A DNA stretch of 64,000 bases from Neoechinorhynchus agilis (lineage: Eukaryota; Animalia; Acanthocephala), in assembly GCA_051530055.1 (NCBI GenBank), contig CM121342.1, positions 4,277,489-4,341,488 of the forward strand, read 5' to 3'. Positions 39,483 through 49,500 of the stretch are shown here, piece after piece. The position numbers were made by a program, and so were the translations under genes. The stretch's first letter is position 1; each line of letters begins with the position of its first letter. Under the pieces are notes generated by a model that saw only the letters and a list, made by a program, of their open reading frames with translations, was not told where the DNA came from and searched no databases.

Positions 39483-39924
39483 TAAGTTTTTATTTCCAGT
39501 CTCAATACTTCAAATATTTGAGAGAAAAAGAACATATTAAACAGTCTGAATCATAAATAAAATCGAGTTGCAAATCATAGCGCTTTTCTCCGAGAATTAT
39601 CATTTTTTCCGGATTTTAAGGTGGTCATTATTAAAAAACGCGGTTGCTGAAAGCTAAACATCAAGGAAAAGAATTTTCCGAGTTGAAAAACGAAGTCGCA
39701 TCCCTTCAAATCGGAACTTTTATAAATTAATAACAATTTAGATTGCAAATGAAATCTCTTAAAGAATCGAATAGATAGCAAAAATTTAATGCTTGGTCGC
39801 TCATTTCGCTACCAGAGTTCGCGAACACTCGAGTTTTGATAGCTTAAATGAGTTGTTTATGCTGGAGTAGATTACGGGTTCGATCGGGTGGGAATTGGTG
39901 ATTATTCGCACTGAGGAGAGCTTA

Positions 39925-41895
39925 TGAAGTTGGTCTTTCCTCAGATTCATTTCGGGTCTCGGTGCCCGAGAACGTTGAAAAGTATGGAAAAGGAGCGGAG
40001 GTTGGATATTTCCTCAGGTTCATTTCGTGTCTCGATACCCGAGAAGATTGGGAAGTATGGAAAAAGGAGTGGAGGTTTGGACTTTCCTCAGGTTCATTTC
40101 GGGTCTCGATACCCGAGAAGATTGGGAAGCATGGAAAAAGGAGCTTAGGTTTGGACTTTCCTCAGGTTCATTTCGGGTCTCCATACCCGAGAAGATTGGG
40201 AAGTTTGGAAAAAGGAGTGGAGGTTTGGACTTTCCTCGGGTTCGTTTCGTGTCTCGATACCCGAGAAGATTGGGAAGTATGGAAAAGGAGCGGAGGTTGG
40301 GACTTTCCTCGGGTTCATTTCGGATCTCCATACCCGAGAAGATTGGGAAGTATGGAAAAAAGAGCTTAGGTTTGGACTTTCCTCAGGTTCATTTCGGGTC
40401 TCGATAACCGAGAAGATTGGGAAGCATGGAAAAAGGAGTGGAGGTTTGGTCTTTCCTCGGGTTCATTTCGGGTCTCCATACCCGAGAAGATTGGGAAGTA
40501 TGGAAAAAGGAGCGGAGGTTTGGACTTTCCTCAGGTTCATTTCGGGTCTCGATAACCGAGAAGATTGGGAAGCATGGAAAAAAGAGCTTAGGTTTGGACT
40601 TTCCTCAGGTTCATTTCGGGTCTCGATAACCGAGAAGATTGGGAAGTATGGAAAAAGGAGCGGAGGTTTGGACTTTCCTCAGGTTCATTTCGGGTCTCGA
40701 TACCCGAGAAGATTGGGAAGTATGGAAAAAGGAGCGGAGGTTTGGACTTTCCTCAGGTTCATTTCGGGTCTCGATAACCGAGAAGATTGGGAAGTATGGA
40801 AAAAGGAGTGGAGGTTTGGACTTTCCTCGGGTTCGTTTCGTGTCTCGATACCCGAGAAGATTGGGAAGTATGGAAAAGGAGCGGAGGTTGGGACTTTCCT
40901 CGGGTTCATTTCGGATCTCCATACCCGAGAAGATTGGGAAGTATGGAAAAAAGAGCTTAGGTTTGGACTTTCCTCAGGTTCATTTCGGGTCTCGATAACC
41001 GAGAAGATTGGGAAGCATGGAAAAAGGAGCGGAGGTTTGGCTTTCCTCAGGTTCATTTCGGGTCTCGATACCCGAGAAGATTGGGAAGTATGGAAAAAGG
41101 AGCGGAGGTTTGGACTTTCCTCAGGTTCATTTCGGGTCTCGATAACCGAGAAGATTGGGAAGTATGGAAAAAGGAGCGGAGGTTTGGACTTTCCTCAGGT
41201 TCATTTCGGGTCTCGATAACCGAGAAGATTGGGAAGTATGGAAAAAGGAGCGGAGGTTTGGACTTTCCTCAGGTTCATTTCGGGTCTCGATAACCGAGAA
41301 GATTGGGAAGTATGGAAAAAGGAGCGGAGGTTTGGACTTTCCTCAGGTTCATTTCGGGTCTCGATACCCGAGAAGATTGGGAAGTATGGAAAAAGGAGCG
41401 GAGGTTTGGACTTTCCTCGGGTTCATTTCGGGTCTCCATACCCGAGAAGATTGGGAAGTATGGAAAAAGGAGCGGAGGTTTGGACTTTCCTCAGGTTCAT
41501 TTCGGGTCTCGATAACCGAGAAGATTGGGAAGCATGGAAAAAAGAGCTTAGGTTTGGACTTTCCTCAGGTTCATTTCGGGTCTCGATACCCGAGAAGATT
41601 GGGAAGTATGGAAAAGGAGCGGAGGTTTGGACTTTCCTCAGGTTCATTTCGGGTCTCGATACCCGAGAAGATTGGGAAGTATGGAAAAAGGAGCGGAGGT
41701 TTGGACTTTCCTCAGGTTCATTTCGGGTCTCGATAACCGAGAAGATTGGGAAGTATGGAAAAAGGAGCGGAGGTTTGGACTTTCCTCAGGTTCATTTCGG
41801 GTCTCGATAACCGAGAAGATTGGGAAGTATGGAAAAAGGAGCGGAGGTTGGATCTTTCCTCAGGTTCATTTCGTGTCTCGATACCCGAGAAGAAT
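39925..41895. repeat. Tandem array, 74-bp purine-rich unit, ~26 copies, LINE-3'-end related
   Basis: Unit gggaagtatggaaaaaggagcggaggtttggactttcctcaggttcatttcgggtctcgataaccgagaagatt; reverse complement resembles 44605-44695. Confidence 0.97.
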
Positions 41896-42178
41896 AAAGA
41901 TAATCAGTTTCCAAATCACAGGTATGATTGAGTGATGAACTCGTTGGCATATAAGCAAAGTTTAGAGTGAGAAGTTTAAGTTCGATTTAAAGGAAAAGTT
42001 GAATCTTTAATTTTACAGGCGAAAGCAATCAAAGACGTTCAATGGATGGTATTCATGAGTGAAAAACTGAAATGGCAAAGTTACTTTTTCAATGGCGACG
42101 TTTATTTCGCCTAATCTATGAGACCCAAAATGATCCTCGTTTAAAAAGATACCAAAATCAACGGATTTTATTTCTTTT

Positions 42179-42703
42179 TTAGACCATTCCAATTCGATTG
42201 GCAAGATCAAGCGCGTCATGGTCAACTTTGAGCTTAACGTAGGCTTTCTTGAGGCCGTCAGGTCGAATTAAAGTATTAACCTTTTGGACATGAACTTCAT
42301 AAAGTCTTTTTACGGCTGCTTTAATCATCGGTTTATTGGCTCGTTTGTGAACAATAAAAACGAGAGTATTATTTTCTTCGATTTTCTTCATCGCTGATTC
42401 GGTGGCCAGTGGACGATCGATGACGGCGAATTTGTCCATTTTATCACGACGATGGACGGCTTTACGTGGACATTTGGGCGCTCGTGGTAGCTCCAAGACT
42501 TTTGGTTGTCGAAATCTGATTCGAGTTCGAAACTTTCTACGTCGATGAGAATACTTTCCTTGCTGAATTTCTCGATGTGCTCGCATAGCACGACGAAGCG
42601 GACGTTCTCGATGGCGAACGACTTTTTTCAAGAGCTTGGCCCTCGATCGTCGTTTCATTGATGGACCTCCAGTCTTCGGTTTCTGCGGTTCGGCGGTTGC
42701 CAT
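42179..42703 (-). CDS. RPL23A: 60S ribosomal protein L23a (uL23), divergent, intronless
   Basis: [67 protein letters not shown]. Confidence 0.97.
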   Translation of the reverse strand: MATAEPQKPKTGGPSMKRRSRAKLLKKVVRHRERPLRRAMRAHREIQQGKYSHRRRKFRTRIRFRQPKVLELPRAPKCPRKAVHRRDKMDKFAVIDRPLATESAMKKIEENNTLVFIVHKRANKPMIKAAVKRLYEVHVQKVNTLIRPDGLKKAYVKLKVDHDALDLANRIGMV

Positions 42704-42819
42704 TTTTCAGTCGACAAAAAGAGAATAAAACCCAACAAAAACGTTGCGGTGGGAATATCATTATTGATACGGAAGAATCACAAAGAGGGTAAAGGCGAGC
42801 GAAACCTCGAATTTGCAGA
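42704..42819. promoter_or_regulatory. Putative 116-bp bidirectional promoter, RPL23A/VTA1
   Basis: Short interval between two head-to-head start codons. Confidence 0.6.
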
Positions 42820-43479
42820 ATGTCCACGCCACAGAGCCTCAGCTTCCTTCTTCCTTACCTTAGGATCGCCGTTGACCATGACAATCGCGATTCGGTTGTT
42901 TCTTACTACGTCAGAATGTATTGTGTAAAGCGAGGAATGGAGAATTCCCAAGGTGAAGAACCTAGGCAATTTCTGGCGTCGATATTGAGTCAATTGGAGT
43001 CGGAAAAGATCAAACTCGTCAATAACGACATTATTGGTAATGAAGAAGCCGCTCTACAACACATAAGTCAATATGCTGTTCAACTTTTTTTAAAAGCCGA
43101 TGATATTGATAGAAGTGGTCAATCGGATCGAACTACGGCTCGTCTATTCATGACTGCAGCGTTTCTCTTCGATGTTTGTGAGATGCTGGCCGATGGTGCG
43201 CTCGATGATGAACTTACGAGCATTAGGAAAATGGCGAAGATTAAGTCCGCCCAAATCTATAACTTGCTAAAAAAACCGAACGTCCAACCGGTCGACATTG
43301 AACCACAAATAGAAATGAACACACAACACGATCATCCGGATCGCGTCGAGGCGGTCCAGCAAGCACAGAAGCTCTGTAAGTTCACCATCAGTGCCCTACA
43401 GCACGACGATGTCCAAACTGCCGTTGAATATCTCACGAAATCATTGGAAATTCTTTTGGTGTTCTCAAAGAAGCAATAA
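42820..43479 (+). CDS. VTA1: VTA1/LIP5 ESCRT factor, intronless
   Basis: PYLRIA..D..VVSYYVRMYCV..GM; LFLKADDIDR; C-terminal AQKLCKFTISALQHDDVQTAVEYLTKSL (VSL domain). Confidence 0.92.
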   Translation: MSTPQSLSFLLPYLRIAVDHDNRDSVVSYYVRMYCVKRGMENSQGEEPRQFLASILSQLESEKIKLVNNDIIGNEEAALQHISQYAVQLFLKADDIDRSGQSDRTTARLFMTAAFLFDVCEMLADGALDDELTSIRKMAKIKSAQIYNLLKKPNVQPVDIEPQIEMNTQHDHPDRVEAVQQAQKLCKFTISALQHDDVQTAVEYLTKSLEILLVFSKKQ

Positions 43480-43536
43480 ACGAACGAAAGGACTTTTTGG
43501 TCGGGTCTTTTCCCTTGATTAACCTCATGGAGCTTT

Positions 43537-43852
43537 TGAGAGAGAAAATCTTTCGGGAAAGATGTGATTATCATAATCCCTCAATCGCGAATCGTGTCCG
43601 AGCCGTACAATAAAACTAAAATCTTTTTAGGTGGACCGGATGATTTGTGCTCGAATTACCACATCTTTTCCGAAGGATTTTCTCTCAATATCCAGAGAAA
43701 ATCTCGGTAAAATTCTTAGAAAATCAAAAATCTCGGGATGTTGAGAGAGAGAGAAAATCTTTCGGGAAAGATGTGATTATCATAATCCCTCAAACGGGAA
43801 TCGTGTCCGAGCCGTACAATAAAACTAAAATCTTTTTAGATGGCCCGGATGA
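43537..43852. repeat. ~208-bp direct duplication enclosing a ~82-bp TIR element (43677-43758)
   Basis: gagagagaaaatctttcggg...ggatga at 43537 and 43745; ttttctctcaatatcc / ggatgttgagagagagaaaa inverted ends. Confidence 0.7.
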
Positions 43853-44868
43853 GCTGTCTTCACAATCGGAAACAATACATTCACTGCCGTTCTACCTCTT
43901 CTATCAACCTATCCCGTTCCAAAGGCGTACCTCAAGCTGCCGTTCTGTCACCACTTCTCCGTAATATTTTTCTAAACAACCTCAAACCTCTCTCCTCTCA
44001 CTCTAAACTCTTCTTATACGAAGACGATATCACCCACTTCTCCCTTTTCTTAACCTCTAAAGAAATCACACACATAAAAGATTTCTGCGACAATCACAAA
44101 CTCCACCTGAATTTCTCTAAATGCTTCGAAATGAACCGTTCATTCTCTCGCAACCCCACATCCTCCACTGAGCTTCTAAATGACATCCTGCGAGTAAACT
44201 CGCTAAGAATTCTGGGTATCCAATTTCAATCAAATTTGGAATGGGACTCGCACATCACTCTCTCCCTCAAACACAACGCCTTTAAAATTTATCTCCTCGA
44301 ACGCCTCCGACATTTATGAATCCCTTCACCCGATCTCTTCAAATTTTACTTCAGCTTTATTCTACCCTCCCCCCGTCTGTTGCAACCTTTCCAAATCTCA
44401 AATCCGCCGTCTTGAAATTCTTCATAAAAGAGCATCTAAAATTTGCATAGCTGACTTTAACCCTCTCACTGAATGCCTTGACGCTATTTCCATAAAACAA
44501 TCAAAACACCTTTATTTTTACGAAATTTCATTCCCCCTTTCACACGAGCACAATACTCGTAATCCAAATTCGTTTTATCCTCCCTCAACCTCGAACCTTC
44601 CTAAACCTAGGCTCCTTTTTCCATGCTGCCAAATCTTCTCGGATATCGTAACGTGAAATGATTCTGAGGAAAGACCAACCTTACAAGCGCTCCTGCAAGC
44701 AATAAACACCAACGACCCTCCAACCCAACCGAATATTCTCAATCGAACAGACACATCCTCACCCCAACGAGCCGTCCACGGCTGGATGGTTCTTATCCGA
44801 ATAGACATCCCTCCGACCAGATATTACCTCCCGAACGGACCGTCCTCCACTGCATATTCCTATATTAA
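43853..44868 (+). mobile_element. 5'-truncated, degenerate CR1/L2-like LINE (RT fragment, ORF2 C-terminus, 3' UTR)
   Basis: NRKQY..GVPQAAVLSPLL..LYEDD..LNFSKC..LGIQFQSNLEWDSHI; later HEHNTRN motif; flanked by CGGATGA direct repeats (43846-43852, 44869-44875). Confidence 0.85.
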
Positions 44869-44944
44869 CGGATGATGACCCAAAGGTTCATGGGTTATCC
44901 TAAACCTTTCTTTGAATTTTCAATAATCCTGTTATTCCCGCAGG

Positions 44945-45192
44945 ATTTTCTCTCAATAACCGGGGAGAATCTCGGTAAAGCACACACAAACAATAAAGTC
45001 CGCGCTTATCTGATGAAATTTGCCCAGAAAAGGAACCATCTCAAACTAAATTCAACAATTTAAGTCCAGAAGGTTTGCACACATTTTTGTGAGCAAAAAC
45101 ACACTATATCCAAAAGCTTTGGATATTTCGGAAAAGCGCTTAACAGAACAAAATTCTCAGAAAATCAAAATCTGGGGATATTGAGAGAAAAT
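44945..45192. mobile_element. MITE-like element with ~14-bp TIRs; long form of 43677-43758
   Basis: attttctctcaata...tattgagagaaaat; both halves match the short copy, with ~170 bp extra in the middle. Confidence 0.6.
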
Positions 45193-45272
45193 AATACGGA
45201 ATCCCAAACCGGATAAAACATATTTTCTTAAATTATCACCAAAATTCAAATCTCTTTAAATGAATTTGGGAT

Positions 45273-46454
45273 TTAGTTCAGAAAACGCCGATGGAGCACT
45301 GATTCCATCATATCAGGCATATCAAAATCTTGGAGGAAAGCTTTATCCGGCAAAAATGCCCAGCCGTTCTCAATTGTCGTTCGAATGCTTGTCGTGTTGT
45401 TTAGATCGCTTGTCGACACCTGAGAAAGATCGCGTTAAAGAGAAAAATATATTTCGACCGATTAAATCGATCACAGCTAAATTTGTATCCTTCTTTTTTC
45501 GAACGTGCGTTTATGTCCGTGCTACGGAAGAATCATAACCGATTTTGTTTCGTCACATTCGACCATGGAATAATGAACCAAATAAAATTTCGTTCGAATG
45601 CTTGTCGTGTTGTTTAGATCGCTTGTCGACACCTGAGAAAGATCGCGTTGCAGAGAGGAATGCTATTCGACCGATTAAATCGATCACAGCTAAATTTGTA
45701 TCCGTCTTTTTTCGAACGTGCGTTTATGTCCGTGCTACGGAAGAATCATAACCGATTTTGTTTCGTCACATTCGACCATGGAACTTCCGGTAATGAACCA
45801 AATAACGTCAATTGTCGTTCGAATGCTTGTCGTGTTGTTTAGATCGCTTGTCGACACCTGAGAAAGATCGCGTTAAAGAGAAAAATATATTTCGACCGAT
45901 TAAATCGATCACAGCTAAATTTGTATCCGTCTTTTTTCGAACGTGCGTTTATGTCCGTGCTACGGAAGAATCATAACCGATTTTGTTTCGTCACATTCGA
46001 CCATGGAACTTCCGGTAATGAACCAAATAACGTCAATTGTCGTTCGAATGCTTGTCGTGTTGTTTAGATCGCTTGTCGACACCTGAGAAAGATCGCGTTG
46101 CAGAGAGGAATGCTATTCGACCGATTAAATCGATCACAGCTAAATTTGTATCCGTCTTTTTTCGAACGTGCGTTTATGTCCGTGCTACGGAAGAATCATA
46201 ACCGATTTTGTTTCGTCACATTCGACCATGGAACTTCCGGTAATGAACCAAATAACGTCAATTGTCGTTCGAATGCTTGTCGTGTTGTTTAGATCGCTTG
46301 TCGACACATGAGAAAGATCGCGTTGCAGAGAGGAATGCTATTCGACCGATTAAATCGATCACAGCTAAATTTGTATCCGTCTTTTTTCGAACGTGCGTTT
46401 ATGTCCGTGCTACGGAAGAATCATAACCGATTTTGTTTCGTCACATTCGACCAT
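45273..46454 (-). CDS. Hypothetical small gene whose exon-intron module is tandemly repeated
   Basis: ATG 46454; phase-0 GT-AG introns of 120 nt alternate with 105-nt stop-free exons; terminal exon 45273-45419 runs out of the repeat in frame; head-to-head with TOP3A. Confidence 0.4.
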
Positions 46455-46487
46455 GGAACTTCCGGCAATGAACCAAATAGCGTCGAA
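45372..46487. repeat. Tandem array, 225-bp unit, ~5 copies (one 213 bp)
   Basis: gacacctgag recurs at ~45419, 45632, 45857, 46082, 46307. Confidence 0.97.
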
Positions 46488-46531
46488 TGAAGCTGAAAAG
46501 CACTAGTTTTCTTGTGAGTTTGATAAGATTC

Positions 46532-49500
46532 ATGAAAGTTCTGAATGTGGCTGAGAAGAATGATGCCGCCAAATCAATTGCACGGATTCTGTCCAAAAAT
46601 TCAATGAAGACGGTTCAGTATAAATTTTTTTGAATATTTTCCTAGACTCATGATCATTTTTACAGAGAACGAGTGGTGCTCGATATAACATGATTTACGA
46701 ATTCAAATACCGTTTATTTGATACCGAAGCACAAATGGTAATGACCTCGGTTTCCGGTCATTTGCTAACAATGGATTTCTCGAGTATTTATCGCAATTGG
46801 TCTTTTTTCGATTTTGTTTCTTTTTTGTGTATAAAAACCGTTTAGGCGGAAATTCGATCCGGTCGTTTTGTTTGAAGCTCCCATAGAAATCGGATGTGAA
46901 CGTAATAATGAACCGATAAAGGTATTTTCTTTGCTATTTCGTTATTCTCTCACTCTAAAAAGCGCAGAAAATGCTGTTGCGGGAAGCACGATTTTGTCAG
47001 AAATTGATTGTATGGACCGACTGTGATCGGGAAGGGGAGAACATTGGATTCCAAGTTATCGACGTTTGTGTTCAAGGAAATCGATCATTACAGATTTATC
47101 GAGCGCGATTTTCCGAAATTACCGATCAATCCATTCATAGAGCGATTTCTTCGTTATCCCAGCCAGAAAGGAGTGTCTCTGAAGCCGTTGATGCAAGAAA
47201 GGAACTGGATCTGAGAATAGGTTGGTGTTTTTTTAAATATCATGAAAACCAACTAATTTCGATTAGTAATTTGAACCAAAAACTCTTTTCTTTAGAAAAA
47301 AGGCGAAAAAAATTAATTGATCGAAAATAACGGAAATAAATACTTTAACTTCGGCGGGGAAAGACTTTCCTTTTTTAGTTTTGCCACTTTGGGGATTCAA
47401 AAATTCACGGATTTATTTCCTCTGTATTTCACCTCTCTGATAGTTCCCACATTTTCCGCCGAGGTTTGGAAAATACAAGACAAAACTGACTTGTATTTTC
47501 TCCAGCAAACAATGACAAACCTTGATGATATCGGTGAAATTTCGGAGATAAATCAGTGAATTTTTGAATCCCCAAAGTTGCAAAACTAAGAATAATTCAA
47601 GAAATCTTTTTAACTTTCTTTTTCTTAGTTTTGCCATCCCTTGGATTTGAATTCATTGATTTATTTCCGATAGATGTATTAATAAAGCAATGACAGACCT
47701 CAGGGGGAAATGTCGGAATTATCCGACTTTAAATTTTGAGGAAATAAATCCGTGAATTGTTGAATCCCCAAAGTGGCAAAACTAAGAAAAAGGAAGTCTC
47801 TTTCCCGCCCCCGAAGATAATAATCCAAGAAATCTTTTTAACTTTCTATTTGAATTCACTGCCTGAATTATCAGACGAGAAGTGAAATATCGGAGATAGA
47901 TAAATCCGTGAATTTTTGAATCCCCAAGGTGGCGAAACTAAAAAAATAAAGGAAATAAATTAGAAAAAATTTAAATTCGGGGAAATTGCGAATCACGATT
48001 TATAATATAGAGTTGTAGCATTTGATCATTTGATTGGTAAACGCCTTATTCCGCACATTTATCGGCGCCGAATTTGTTTCTTGAATCTTTTTGATAGTCT
48101 AGAAAACTCCTCTCCTTTTTTGAACATAATTAAAGTACTATTGAATTCCGTAACTTAGGTGCGGCATTTACTAGACTGCAGACGTTACGATTACAAAAGA
48201 CGTTCTCTAGTAGTCTTGGCGATTGTCTGATAAGTTATGGAAGCTGTCAGTTTCCCACTCTTGGATTTGTGGTTGACCGTTTCAAGTGTCGCGACGAGTT
48301 TGTAGAAGAACCGTTTTGGAAGTTGGATGTATACGATGAAAGGACGAACAGCTCAGTTACATTCAATTGGAAACGCAATCGAATATTTGATAAGCATGCT
48401 TGTTTAGTTCTTTACGATGCTCTGATGGTCGATCCTTCAGCCATTGTTACTTCGGCGATTTCACGTCCTAAGAAGAAATGGAGGCCTCAACCTATGAACA
48501 CAGTGCAATTAGAAAGATTATCCAGTAGATTTTTGAAGATAACAGCGAAGGAAACCATGAAGATTGCAGAAAAGCTGTATACCGGTGGACTAATCAGTTA
48601 TCCTAGAACGGAAACAGATCAATTCGCCAAGGAAATCGATTTGGATAAACTTGTAGAAATCCAGTGTGCGGGAAATGAGGAATGGACGTCGTTTGCACAA
48701 ACCGTTCTCAACGATTGGAAACCAAATCCAAGAAACGGCCATAAAACCGACGGCGCTCATCCACCGATCCATCCTACGAATAGACCAAAAGAACCTCTAC
48801 AGGTGATTTTTAAATTCATTAGAGAGCATCCACCCCCCAAAAGGATAATCTTTTTGTATTTGTTGTGATGCCTCCGTTAAATTGTAGAATACACAATATC
48901 GATTCCTATTAAACCAGGATACACAATATCGATTCCTATTAAACCAGGATACACAATATCGATTCCTATTAAACCAGGATACACAATATCGATTCCTATT
49001 AAACCAGGATACACAATATCGATTCCTATTAAACCAGGAATCGATATTGTGTATTCTACAATATCGATTCCTGGTTTAATAGGCCTCTCAGACGAAGCTG
49101 ACGATAAATCCCTACAAATTTTTTTTGCTGCAAAAAACGTTATTTAAGGAAATAAATGTGACCGAAATTAACTATTCCTTTTCTCTTAAAGGGAAATGAG
49201 AAGCGAGTATACGAACTGGTGACCCGACACTTCCTGGCATGCATTTCAAAAGATGCTGAAGGTTTAGCTTACGATGTAACGATCAAGATTGGCGACGAAT
49301 ACTTCATGGCTTCGGGTTTATCAATAATCGCAGAGAATTATCTGAAAGTGTATCCATATGAGAAATGGACGGATAAACAGATTCCAGAATATGAACAAGG
49401 TGAACGTTTTGTACCGAAGAGCATTATGGTTCGTATGCGTCTTTCTTTTAAAAAGATCTGCTTTAAACATTCAAAGGTAGATGGTGGAAGGTAAAACCAG

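Noticed and set aside
39860-39910. tRNA-like GGTTCGA motif
   Set aside because: No cloverleaf or A-box; no tRNA, rRNA or snRNA could be supported anywhere in the window.
39924-41935. Many overlapping ORFs up to 257 aa
   Set aside because: All are translations of the 74-bp unit rotating through frames.
48889-49083. CRISPR-like 30-bp repeats
   Set aside because: No spacers (contiguous identical copies), eukaryotic intron, no cas genes.
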